DNA of 64,000 nt from Leucoraja erinacea (lineage: Eukaryota), in assembly GCF_028641065.1 (NCBI RefSeq), contig NW_026575814.1, forward strand, positions 62,001-126,000. Direction: 5' to 3'. Below, in pieces: positions 37,270 through 49,522 of this stretch; the stretch's first letter is position 1, and every line of letters begins with the position of its first letter. The translations under genes were made by a program, and so were the position numbers. Under the pieces are notes generated by a model, which was not told the DNA's origin, ran no database searches, and worked only from the letters and a program-made list of their open reading frames with translations.

Positions 37270-38196
37270 TATATAACCATATAACCATATAACAATTACA
37301 GCACGGAAACAGGCCATCTCGGCCCTACAAGTCCGTGCCGAAACAAATTTTTTTTCCCCTTAGTCCCACCTGCCTGCACTCATACCATAACCCTCCATTC
37401 CCTTCTCATCCATATGCCTATCCAATTTATTTTTAAATGATACCAATGAACCTGCCTCCACCACTTCCACTGGAAGCTCATTCCACACCGCTACCACTCT
37501 CTGAGTAAAGAAGTTCCCCCTCATATTACCCCTAAACTTCTGTCCCTCAATTCTGAAGTCAAGTCATTTTACTAGAATGTTGCCTGGGTTTCAACAACTA
37601 AGTTACAGAGATAGGTTGAATAAGTTAGGTCTTTATTCTCTGGAGCGCAGAAGGTTAAGGGGGGACCTGATAGAGGTCTTTAAAATGATGAGAGGGATAG
37701 ACAGAGTTGATGTGGACAAGCTTTTTCCTTTGAGAATAGGGAAGATTCAAACAAGAGGACATGACTTCAGAATTAAGGGACAGAAGTTTAGGGGTAATAT
37801 GGGGGAACTTCTTTACGCAGAGAGTGGTGGCGGTGTGGAATGAGCTCCCAGTGGAAGTGGTGGAGGCAGGTTCATTGGTATCATTTAAAAATAAATTGGA
37901 TAGGCATATGGATGAGAAGGGAATGGAGGGTTATGGCAGGCAGGTGGGACTAAGGGGAGAAAAATTTGTTCGGCATGGACTTGTAGGGCCGAGATGGCCT
38001 GTTTACTTGCTGTAATTGTTATATGGTTATATGGTTATATATGGTTATGTCCTCTTGTTTGAATCTTCCCTATTCTCAAAGGGAAAAGCTTGTCCACATC
38101 AACTCTGTCTATCCCTCTCATCATTTTAAAGACCTCTATCAGGTCCCCCCTTAACCTTCTGCGCTCCAGAGAATAAAGACCTAACTTATTCAACCT
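37270..38196. mobile_element. CR1-B1 (+, ~37568-38047) nested head-on inside CR1-B1 (-)
   Basis: The - copy breaks at ..gaagtc|atgtcctc and resumes at ~38047. Confidence 0.85.
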
Positions 38197-38545
38197 GTTA
38201 GGTTGTTTAAGAGACTTTTTGAAAGGCATATTAGATTAATCTGGCTTCATGTACAACACAGATGTTGCGGGCCAAAAGGCCTCATCCTGTGCTGTACTGT
38301 TCTATGTTCCCTAAATTTTCATCAACTCTGGCCAAATCGCCCCGTCCACTAACTCACTAGGTGCAACAGTTTACAACAATTAATTAACCTTCAAAATCAC
38401 ATGGTTAGGATTCTGAAGGAAATGAATTTGATTAGGGTAGCACGGTGGCCGAGCAGTAGAGCTACTGCCTTACAGCATCAGAGACCCAGGTTTGATCCCG
38501 ACAACGGGTGCTTGTCTGTACAGAGTTCTCCCCGTGACCTGTGCG

Positions 38546-38690
38546 CAGTGGCGGACTGCCCAGGGAGTCAGCTTGCCCGATGGCAAGTGGGCCCCAGATG
38601 AAGTGGGCCCCCTATATCATGTGGGCCCCTGATGAAGTGGGCCCCCTTTGTCTCCTGGCTACCAATATCTTTAGACCCAGTCCGTCACTG
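38546..38690. mobile_element. hAT-type MITE inside a V-SINE
   Basis: TIRs CAGTGGCGGACTG / CAGTCCGTCACTG, 8-bp TSD CCTGTGCG, internal GTGGGCCCC repeats. Confidence 0.9.
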
Positions 38691-38798
38691 CCTGTGCGGG
38701 ATTTCTCTGAGATTTCATGATTTCTCCCACACTCCAAAGACAGACAGGTTTGTAAGTGAGACAAAAATGCTGGAGAAACTCAGCAGGTGCAGCAGCAT

Positions 38799-39086
38799 AA
38801 CCATATAATATAACCATATAACAATTACAGCACGGAAACAGGCCATCTCGACCCTTCTAGTCCGTGCCGAACACATAATCTCCCCTAGTCCCATATACCT
38901 GCGCTCAGACCATAACCCTCCATTCCCTTCCCATCCATAGAACTATCCAATTGATTTTTAAATGATAAAAACGAACCTGCCTCCACCACCTTCACTGGAA
39001 GCTCATTCCACACAGCTACCACTCTCTGAGTAAAGAAGTTCCCCCTCATGTTACCCCTAAACTTCTGTCCCTTAATTCTGAAGTCA
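38799..39086 (-). mobile_element. CR1 family B 3' fragment with 95-bp flanking duplication
   Basis: 38704-38798 is nearly identical to 39090-39184. Confidence 0.9.
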
Positions 39087-39144
39087 GAATCTCCGAGATT
39101 TCATGTTTTCTCCCACACTCCAAAGACAGACAGGTTTGTAAGTG

Positions 39145-39590
39145 AGACAAAAATGCTGGAGAAACTCAGCAGGCGCAGCAGCATCTATGGAGCGAAGGAA
39201 ATAGGCGACGTTTTGGGCCAAAACCCTTCTTCAGACTGATGTAGGGTGGGGGGGGGGAGGGAGAAGAATGGAGAAAGGAAAAGGAGGAGCCAGAGGGCTG
39301 AGGGAGAGCTGAGAAGGGGAGGAGACCGCAAGGTGCTACCGGAAATTGGCAAAGTCAATGCTTATGCCACTAGGGTGCAGACTGCCCAAGATGCTGCTCC
39401 TCCAATTTCCGGTGGTGCTCACTCTGGCCATGGAGAAGGCCCAGGACAGAAAGGTTGGATTCGGAATGGGAGTGGGAGTTGAAGTGCTGAGTCACCGGGA
39501 GGTCAGGTTGGTTAATGCGAACCGAGCGGAGGTGTTCGGCGAAACGATCGCCAAGCCTACGCTATTTTCCAGCATCTGTAGTTCCTTGTT
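39145..39590 (-). mobile_element. Penelope-like element 3' fragment: GIY-YIG C-terminus plus pLTR with hammerhead motif
   Basis: The - strand encodes RRLGDRFAEHLRSVR..PVTQHFNS..RKLEEQH..LGSLHPSGISIDFANFR*, followed by CTGAAGAAGGGTTTTGGCCCAAAACGTC. Confidence 0.85.
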
Positions 39591-39758
39591 CTAAGTTAAT
39601 TGGCTTGGTATAAATGTAAAAAGTAAACATTTGGCCCTGGCTGGTGTGAACTCAATGGGCTGAAGGGCCTGTTCCAGTGTTGTATTTCTAACATAAACTA
39701 AAATAAAACAGGAAATGCAACCAAGCCATGGGTAAGGATGCAGGAAGTGTCAGATCAC

Positions 39759-39854
39759 CTGCAGTGGTTCTGCTTTCAAAGCCATAATCCCCAACCAAAT
39801 GCATCTCGAAACTTGGAGTCAGCACTTCCCCGCTGCCTCTGCTTCCTTCCCATC
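39759..39854 (-). CDS. Tentative 96-bp phase 1/1 exon (xWEGSRGSGEVLTPSFEMHLVGDYGFESRTTAx)
   Basis: Unique island, acceptor ..tctgttggtcag|, donor CAG|gtgatc, open frame. No homology recognised. Confidence 0.25.
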
Positions 39855-39920
39855 CTGACCAACAGACCGCAGAGGAAAGCTGACAAATCATCCTCTACAT
39901 CCTTGTGCGGGATGCATATA

Positions 39921-40600
39921 GTGCATATAGATAGGGTGGTAAAGAAAGCTTTTGGTATACTAGCCTTTATAAATCAGAGCATTGAGTATAGAAGCTGGGA
40001 TGTAATGTTAAAATTGTACAAGGAATTGGTGAGACCAAATCTGGAGTATGGTGTACAATTTTGGTCGCCCAATTATAGGAAGGATGTCAACAAAATAGAG
40101 AGAGCACAGAGGAGATTTACAAGAATGTTGCCTGGGTTTCAACAACTAAGTTACAGAGATAGGTTGAATAAGTTAGGTCTTTATTCTCTGGAGCGCAGAA
40201 GGTTAAGGGGGGACCTGATAGAGGTCTTAAAAATGATGAGAGGGATAGACAGAGTTGATGTGGACAAGCTTTTCCCTTTGAGAATAGGGAAGATTCAAAC
40301 AAGAGGACATGACTTCAGAATTAAGAGACAGAAGTTTAGGGGTAATGTGAGGGGGAACTTCTTTACGCAGAGAGTGGTGGCGGTGTGGAATGAGCTCCCA
40401 GTGGAAGTGGTGGAGGCAGGTTCATTGGTATCATTTAAAAATAAATTGGATAGGCATATGGATGAGAAGGGAATGGAGGGTTATGGTATGAGTGCAGGCA
40501 GGTGGGACTAAGGGGAAAAAAAAATTTTGTTCGGCATGGACTTGTAGGGCCGAGATGGCCTGTTTCCGTGCTGTAATTGTTATATGGTTATATGGTTATA
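39921..40600 (+). mobile_element. CR1 family B1 3' fragment
   Basis: ORF 39738-40511 (3' part). Confidence 0.9.
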
Positions 40601-40877
40601 CATATGATAAACTTCAACACTGCTGCCCCTCAATGATGCATTCTCAGCCCCCTTCTTCTCTCCTTATACACTCATGACTCAGAGCTGTCTTTACAGCATT
40701 ATAGGCTCCCGGGCAAAGCAGAGTACTGGGGCCCCAACCCACACATCCACTCACAGGAATCGAAATGTAAATGGTGGATAAAATTCAACATTTCTTGCTA
40801 CGTACTTCCAACAAAATCAGTGTTTAATCATTAAAAAACATGCTGTACAGTAAAGATTAATCAACACAAACATGGAA

Positions 40878-41507
40878 AACATAGAAACATAGAGAATTGG
40901 TGCAGGGGTAGGCCATTCGGCCCTTCGAGCCTGCACCGCCATTCAATATGATCATGGCTGATCATCCAACTCAGTATCCTGTACCTGCCTTCTCTCCATA
41001 CCCTCTGATCCCTTTAACCACAAGGGCCACATCTAACTCCCTCTTAAATATAGCCAATGAACTGGCCTCAACTACCCTCTGTGGCAGAGAGTTCCAGAGA
41101 TTCACCACTCTCTGTGTGAAAAAAGTTCTTCTCATCTCGTTTTTAAAGGATTCCCCCCTTATCCTTAAGCTGTGACCCCTTGTCCTGGACTTCCCTAACA
41201 TCGGGAACAATCTTCCTGCATCTAGCCTGTCCAACCCCTTAAGAATTTTGTAAGTTTCTATAAGATCCCCTCTCAATCTCCTAAATTCTAGAGAGTATAA
41301 ACCAAGACTATCCAGTCTTTCTTCATAAGACAGTCCTGACATCCCAGGAATCAGTCTGGTGAACCGTCTCTGCACTCCCTCTATGGCAAAATACTTCCCC
41401 CTTATCCTTAAACTGTGACCCCTTGTTCTGGACTTCCCCAACATCGGGAATAATCTTCCTGCATCTAGCCTGTCCAACCCCTTAAGAATGTTGTAAGTTT
41501 CTATAAG
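40878..41507 (-). mobile_element. CR1 family A 3' fragment plus a second internal A piece (41390-41507)
   Basis: LIETY..RTRGHSLRIRG segment occurs twice in ORF 40971-41861. Confidence 0.85.
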
Positions 41508-42034
41508 TCGCCCTCCCTTGCGGCCTAACAGCTTGGATTGTTGTGGCCTTTCCCGGAGTCGGGTCCAGAGCTCCAGCAGCGGGCACAGCGCGGACTTTCC
41601 ATCGTGGAGCCGGGCGATCCCTTGCCGGGGGGTCACTGGAAGAAGTGCTCCGACTGCTGGCCCGCGGAATACGACATCCTGAAGACCGCGGTCTGCAGAG
41701 CTTCCAGCGGGCCCTTGCGTTACCACGGCCCTGTCATGACTCTGCAGTCTAATACCAATGCAACTCAATATACAAGCTCGCAGACGGCACCACCGTAGTG
41801 GGCCGGGTATCAAATAATGACAAAACAGAGTACATGAATGAGATTGAGAACCCCCATACAAAAATGATCACAAAATGAGTAGGTTAACCTATGATGAGCG
41901 TTTGTCGGCACTGGGCCTGTACTCGCTGGAGTTTAGAAGAATGAGGGGGGATTTCATTGAAACGTACAGAATAGCAAAAGGCTTGGATAGAATGGATGTG
42001 GAGAGGATGTTTCCACTAGTGCAAGAGTCTAGGA

Positions 42035-42214
42035 CAGTGGTTCTTAACCTGGGGGTCGTGACCCCCGTTTGGGGGTCATTTGGGGCTTTGCCGGGGGTCA
42101 TGAAGGGAGCACAAATAACATATCAATTTGTTGAGCCCATGTTTAGGAATCTAACAAAAGTACATACCACATACAGTATGCGCATACTGGTGCCAAATAG
42201 GTTAAGGACCACTG
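42035..42214. mobile_element. hAT (Charlie-like) MITE inside an older CR1 (~41875-42520, +)
   Basis: TIRs CAGTGGTTCTTAACCT / AGGTTAAGGACCACTG, 8-bp TSD GTCTAGGA. Confidence 0.9.
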
Positions 42215-42554
42215 GTCTAGGACTAGAGGTCACACCCTCAGAATTAAAGGACGTTCTTTTAAGAAGGAGATGAGGAGAAATTTCTATAGTCAGAGATTGG
42301 TGAATCTGTGGAATTCTTTGCCACAGATGGCTGTGGAGGCCAAATCAGTGGATATTTTTAAGGCAGAGATAGATAGATTTTTGATTAGTGCGGGTGTCAG
42401 AGGTTATGGGGAGAAGGCAGGAGAATGGGGTTAGGAGGGAGAGATAGATCAGCCATGATTGAATGGTGGAGTAGACTTGATGGGCAGAATGGCCTAATTC
42501 TGCTCCTATCACTTATGACATGGTGCCAAGATTACAACCACTACGCCAATATCC

Positions 42555-43213
42555 ATATAACCATATAACCATATAACAATTACAGCACGGAAACAGGCCA
42601 TCTCGACCCTTCTAGTCCGTGCCGAACACATAATCTCCCCTAGTCCCATATACCTGCGCTCAGACCATAACCCTCCATTCCCTTCCCATCCATATAACTA
42701 TCCAATTTATTTTTAAATGATAAAAACGAACCTGCCTCCACCACCTTCACTGGAAGCTCATTCCACACAGCTACCACTCTCTGAGTAAAGAAGTTCCCCC
42801 TCATGTTACCCCTAAACTTCAGTCCCTTAATTCTCATGTCATGTCCCCTTGTTTGAATCTTCCCTACTCTCAGTGGGAAAAGCTTTTCCACGTCAACTCT
42901 GTCTATCCCTCTCATCATTTTAAAGACCTCTATCAAGTCCACCCTTAACCTTCTGCGCTCCAGAGAATAAAGCCCTAACTTGTTCAACCTTTCTCTGTAA
43001 CTTAGTTGTTGAAACCCAGGCAACATTCTAGTAAATCTCCTCTGTACTCTCTCTATTTTGTTGACATCCTTCCTATAATTAGGCGACCAAAATTGTACAC
43101 CATACTCCAGAATTGGCCTCACCAATGCCTTGTACAATTTTAACATTACATCCCAACTTCTATACTCAATGCTCTGATTTATAAAGGCCAGCACACCAAA
43201 AGCTTTCTTTACC
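42555..43213 (-). mobile_element. CR1 family B2 3' fragment
   Basis: ORF 42640-43194. Confidence 0.9.
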
Positions 43214-43219
43214 TATATC

Positions 43220-43988
43220 GGCAAGACAAAGGAGATAATGATTGAGCAGTACACACACCCCAGTGTACATTAGTGCAACGAACTAGAGAGGGTCGAAAGC
43301 TTCAAGTTCTTAGAAATAATTATCACGAGAAATTTGACATGGATCAGCCACATCGAGCAACGATTAAGAAAGTACACCAACGCCTTTACTTCTTTAGAAG
43401 GCTTAGGAAATTGGGCTTGTCCCCAACAATCCTCACCAACTTCTACAGATGCCTCATGGAAAGCATTTTCTCAGGCTGCATCGCTGGTTGTCAGCAACTC
43501 TATCCAAGATGGCAAGAAATGATAGAGAGTTGTGGACGTAGCCCAGAGCATCGCACTAACTAACCTCCGGTGCTACAACTCACCGTTGCTGTCGCGGGGC
43601 TGGCCGAGTCCGGAGCGGGTGGAGCGGTGGAGGAGCGCTGCTGCTGCTGCTGCTGCTGCTGCGGCCCGACCGGAGAGTCGGAGGCTGCAACTGCGGGTCT
43701 GCGGACGGCGGCACCGGGAGCCCACGGGTCCCTGGAGGGAGACCGCTTTTCAGGGCTCTCGCAACGGCGACTTCTCCCGCCCGAGTTGCGGGGTTGAAGA
43801 GCTCCTGGAGCGGGGTCTGACATCACCGCCCCGCGCGGCTTGGAATGGCCGCGGGGGACTCTGCGAGCGCACGCCGGGGGCTCTAACACCAAGACCCGGT
43901 GTGCGACCTCGCACCACCCGGCGTGGCTTTAATGGCCCGCGGGACAATCGCCATCGCCAGCCGGGGGCTTTGACTTTGACTCTGACAT

Positions 43989-44020
<32 letters not shown>

Positions 44021-44400
44021 GTGCAGTGAGAGAGATAAGTTTTTTTGGCCTTCCATCACAGCGATGTGATGGATGTTTATGTAAATTATGCTGTGTCTTG
44101 GGTCTATTTGTTTGTAATGTATGGCTGCAGAAACGGCATTTCGTTTGGACCTCAAGGGGTCCAAATGACAATTAAATGTATCTTGTATCTTGTATCCCTC
44201 CGTTGACTCCATCTACACTTCATGCTGCCTCGGCAAGGCCGCAAACACAATTAAAAAAACAGTCTCACCCCGGACACTCCCTCTTCTCATCTCTCCCATC
44301 ACGCAAAACGTACAGAATTCTGAAAATACACACCTCCAGCTTCAGAGACGGTTTCTTCCCAGCTGTTAGCAGGCAATTGGGCCGTCCTCTCACCGATTCG
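43220..44400 (+). mobile_element. Old Rex1/Babar fragment interrupted by a CpG-rich element (43570-44196)
   Basis: KKVHQRLYFFRRLRK..ESIFSGCI and HPGHSLFSSLPS..FRDGFFP motifs. Confidence 0.75.
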
Positions 44401-45039
44401 AGAGGTCCTGACCTCCCATCTACCACATTGGAGACCATTGGACTATGTTTAATGGGACTTTGTCAGTCTTTACCTTGCGCTCAACGTTATTCCCGTTATT
44501 CCTGTTATCCTGCTGCGGGCGCAGCGTGTACTCTCGGTGTGAAGCGGGCAAACCCTCGCTGGTGCTCGCCGGAGGGGAGCGCTCCATTTCGCTGGCCCGC
44601 GGCAGCCGGCAGCCTGAAGTCGCGGTCTGCAGAGCTCCAGCTGGCGTGGCGTCTGCAGCCCGGGATCTCACGTTGGGGACCTGGGGAGTAGAAGAAGCTT
44701 CCACCGCCGGCCCGCGGCCAATTTCTACCGCGTACCCGGAATGGACTTACCATCATCCCTGGAGGGGAGCTTCAACCGCCGGCCCTGCGGTTTGCGGTGC
44801 TTCTGTCTGCGACGTGGCGGGGACTTGAAATCTTCGACCGCTGGCCTCAGGTGGGGAGGCATTGATTCAGGACTTACCTGGACTTACCTTGTCTACACAT
44901 CTGGACACCCGCAGCGGCAGCTGTGGAGGGTTGAGGTCCCGGCCACGGGGGAAAATGGAGGAGGACTGGCCAGTTTTTGTGCCTTCCTCCATAGTGATGA
45001 ATGCTGTGGTGGATGTTTGTGTTACGTTTTTATTGTGTA

Positions 45040-46065
45040 CTAGACTAAGTGGGACCCGTTGGGTCCCAGCATCACATAGAAACATAGAAACATAGAAACA
45101 TAGAAATTAGGTGCAGGAGTAGGCCATTCGGCCCTTCGAGCCTGCACCGCCATTCAATATGATCATGGCTGATCATCCAACTCAGTATCCCGTACCTGCC
45201 TTCTCTCCATACCCCCTGATCCCCTTAGCCACAAGGGCCACATCTAACTCCCTCTTAAATATAGCCAATGAACTGGCCTCAACTACCCTCTGTGGCAGAG
45301 AGTTCCAGAGATTCACCACTCTCTGTGTGAAAAAAGTTCTTCTCATCTCGGTTTTAAAGGATTTCCCCCTTTATCCTTAAGCTGTGACCCCTTGTCCTGG
45401 ACTTCCCTAACATCGGGAACAATCTTCCTGCATCTAGCCTGTCCAACCCCTTAAGAATTTTGTAAGTTTCTATAAGATCCCCTCTCAATCTTCTAAATTC
45501 TAGAGAGTATAAACCAAGTCTATCCAGTCTTTCTTCATAAGACAGTCCTGACATCCCAGGAATCAGTCTGGTGAACATTCTCTGCACTCCCTTTATGGCA
45601 ATAATGTTCTTAATCACACAGGAGGGCTGGTCACCAACGCAATATTCCACCTCTCCACCAATTCCAATACTGCTCGCCAGTGGGGTGGGGGGGGAGGGGG
45701 GGGGGGGCTGTCTGTTGCGCTAGTATGGGTGTTGCGGGCTGAAGGTACTGGTTTCCAGAGGGCTAGTATAGACATTGTGGGCCGTTTCAACGATTTTAAA
45801 AGCCAAGTCAAGGCGAACAGTTAGGCTGCAGCCACACGACAACTAAAATTCATTTTGTGAACACAAACTTGTTAAAAAAAGGCGAGGCAAACAATTGGGC
45901 TAAAAACATTAACATCTCTCTAATTTTTCATCGACGGAAAAAATCCTCTGCACTCATATGGCGGAGGGGGGCTCTGAGCGAGGTGGCCAAAAATGACGGT
46001 GTTCTCTCGGAAATCGCAGCACAGTCGGCCAAAAGCGGTCAAGATCAGCGATTTAGTAATATAGA
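45040..46065 (-). mobile_element. Non-autonomous Helitron carrying a CR1-A insertion (45075-45608)
   Basis: - strand: A|TC 5' end, 3' hairpin GGGACCC-AAC-GGGTCCC then CTAG|T, no TSD. Confidence 0.8.
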
Positions 46066-46290
46066 TTGTGTGTTCTTTATCTTTGTACCTCTGCTGGTAA
46101 AATAATTTCACTTGCACTTTATGTGCAATGTGACGAATAAAACCGTATTGTATTGTATTGTAGTGTACACTGTGGTCGGCTTGATTGCAATCATGTATAG
46201 TCTTTTCTTTGACTGGATAGCACGCAACAAAAAGATTTCCAGTGTACCCCGTGTACACGTGACAATAATAAAATAAACTATACTAAATTA

Positions 46291-46895
46291 ACCATATAAC
46301 CATATAACAATTACAGCACGGAAACAGGCCATCTCGGCCCTACAAGTCCGTGCCGAACAACTTTTTTTATTTTCCCCTTAGTCCCACCTGCCTGCACTCA
46401 TACCATAACCCTCCATTCCCTTCTCATCCATATGCCTATCCAATTTATTTTTAAATGATACCAATGAACCTGCCTCCACCACTTCCACTGGGAGCTCATT
46501 GCACACCGCTACCACTCTCTGCGTAAAGAAGTTCCCCCTCATATTACCCCTAAACTTCTGTCCCTTAATTCTGAAGTCATGTCCTCTTGTTTGAATCTTC
46601 CCTATTCTCAAAGGGAAAAGCTTGTCCACATCAACTCTGTCTATCCCTCTCATCATTTTAAAAACCTCTATCAAGTCCCCCCTTAACCTTCTGCGCTCCA
46701 AAGAATAAAGCCCTAACTTGTTCAACCTATCTCTGTAACTTAGTTGCTGAAACCCAGGCAACATTCTAGTAAATCTCCTCTGTACTCTCTCTATTTTGTT
46801 GACATCCTTCCTATAATTAGGCGACCAAAATTGTACACCATACTCCAGAATTGGCCTCACCAATGCCTTGTACAATTTTAACATTACATCCCAAC
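46291..46895 (-). mobile_element. CR1-B (B1/B2 mosaic) with ~175-bp flanking duplication
   Basis: 46116-46291 is nearly identical to 46894-47064. Confidence 0.9.
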
Positions 46896-47354
46896 TTTAT
46901 GTGCAATGTGACGAATAAAACCGTATTGTATTGTATTGTACACTGTGGTCGGCTTGATCGCAATCATGTATAGTGTTTTCTTTGACTGGATAGCACGCAA
47001 CAAAAAGATTTCCAGTGTACCCAGTGTACATGTGACAATAATAAAATAAACTATACTAAATTAAACCACTGCTGCTCAGAATGCGGTGTTTGCACGTTCT
47101 CCCTGTGACCACGTGGGTTTCCTCCAGGTGCTCCGGTTGCCTCCCACATCCCAAAGAGGTGTGTGGGTCGGTGGGTGAATTGACCTCTGTAAATTGCCCC
47201 AAGTGAGGGGTGGGATCAGGCTGGATGGGATGGGAGTACATGGGAAAGACAATAGAAATGTAGGGGCTATGTAACTAGGTGCTCATGGATAATATGGCCC
47301 TGATGGGCTGAAGGGCCTCTTCACGTGCTGCATGACTCTATGACAAACTATAAC

Positions 47355-47991
47355 GTGAGTAAGGCAAGGCAGCACCTTTACCACCTCAGGCAATTGAGGA
47401 AATTCAGAGTGTCTCCGAGGATCCTACAGTGCTTCTACGCAGCGGCGGTGGAAAGCATCTTGTCTGGAAATATTACAATCTGGTTTGGGAATTGCTCTGC
47501 CCAGGACAAGAAGGCTCTGCAGAGAGTAGTGCGTTCGGCCGAACGCACTATGGGAACTTCACTCGCCCCCCCTGCAGGAACTATACATCAGGAGGTGCAA
47601 CTCCAGAGCCAATAAAATCATGGGGGACCCCTTCCACCCCTGCAATGGACTGTTCCAGCTGCTATGGTCAGGCAAACGCCTCCGTTGCCATGCTGTGAGA
47701 ACGGAGAGGTTGAGAAGGAGTTTCTTCCCAGAGGCAATTAGGACTGTAAACTCCTATCTCACCAGGGACTAACTTTACTGAACCACTCTACTGCTTTTTA
47801 TTTCCCTTTTTCCTTCCGCCCACAATATTTAATTTGGAAAAAACTATGTGATTCTGTTACATTCTGTTTGTAGTTTATTTGGTTGTTTGTTTGTTTGTCT
47901 TTTTGCACAAAGTCAGCGAGCATTTGCCACTTTTCATTTCACTGCACATCTCGTATGTGTATGTGACGAATAAACTTGACTTGACTTGACT
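47355..47991 (+). mobile_element. Rex1/Babar LINE 3' fragment, same family as 22833-23937
   Basis: [17 protein letters not shown].., (CTTGA)n tail. Confidence 0.9.
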
Positions 47992-48245
47992 AATGTGGGC
48001 AATGCAGCAGTGAGCTGCGGGAGATGTGGGTCTGCATGAAGCAGTGAGGCAGTCAGGTGAATGGTGTAGAAGTGAGGGTGAGGAGTGACAATAATACACC
48101 TGAACGTCAAGGGTACACCAACAAGGTCACAGTGAGGGTGATGCACATTGATATGTGGAATGGGGGATGATTTTAGTTTAGTTTAGTTTAGAGATACAGC
48201 GCAGAAACAGGCAAGTCCGCGCCGACCAGCGACCCCCGCACATTC

Positions 48246-48999
48246 ATATAACCATATAACAATTACAGCACGGAAACAGGCCATCTCGACCCTACAAGTC
48301 CATGCCGAACAAATTTTTTTCCCCTTAGTCCCACCTGCCTGCACTCATACCATAACCCTCCATTCCCTTCTCATCCATATGCCTATCCAATTTATTTTTA
48401 AATGATACCAATGAACCTGCCTCCACCACTTCCACTGGGAGCTCATTCCACACCGCCACCACTCTCTGCGTAAAGAAGTTCCCCCTCATATTACCCCTAA
48501 ACTTCTGTCCCTTAATTCTGAAGTCATGTCCTCTTGTTTGAATCCTCCCTATTCTCAAAGGGAAAAGCTTGTCCACATCAACTCTGTCTATCCCTCTCAT
48601 CATTTTAAAGACCTCTATCAGGTCCCCCCTTAACCTTCTGCGCTCCAGAGAATAAAGACCTAACTTATTCAACCTATCTCTGTAACTTAGTTGTTGAAAC
48701 CCAGGCAACATTCTAGTAAATCTCCTCTGTACTCTCTCTATTTTGTTGACATCCTTCCTATAATTTGGCGACCAAAATTGTACACCATACTCCAGATTTG
48801 GTCTCACCAATGCCTTGTACAATTTTAACATTACATCCCAGCTTCTATACTCAATGCTCTGATTTATAAAGGCTAGCATACCAAAAGCTTTCTTTACCAC
48901 CCTAGCTATATGAGATTCCACCTTCAAGGAACTATGCACGGTTATACCCAGATCCCTCTGTTCAACTGTATTCTTCAATTCCCTACCATTTACCATGTA
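48246..48999 (-). mobile_element. CR1 family B1 fragment within a V-SINE
   Basis: ORF 48325-49008. Confidence 0.9.
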
Positions 49000-49522
49000 T
49001 TCATTCATACTGTCCTACACACACTAGGGATAATTTACAATTATTTCAGCCTACAAACCTGTACGCCTTGGGAGGAAAGTGATCTCGGAGAAAACCCACG
49101 CCGGTCACGGGGAGAACGTACAAACTCCGCACAGACAGCACCCGCAGTTAGAATCGAACCCGGGTCTCTGGCGCTGTAAGGCAGCAACTCTGCCGACGCG
49201 CCACCGTGCCGCCCGAGTTAACAGAGTGAGTGACGGGTCAGGACTACAAGGCAAGCAAACCCTTGGAGTGAAGGGTGGCTGAGTGGGTACTCCAGGAACA
49301 GCACTCCACACCAAAGCTTAGACTACATTTGAGACTCCTCTGTCACTTCCAACTCTTTTTGCAGAACAACCAGGAACGGGCTACTGATTGGGGACGATCA
49401 GCCATGATCACATTGAATGGCGGTGCTGACTCGAAGAGCCAAATGGCCTACTCCTGCACCTATTGTCTATTCTCACTGTACTTAGTTTTTCTATGTGGGG
49501 GAGGTGGGCAGGGGAAGGGGGA

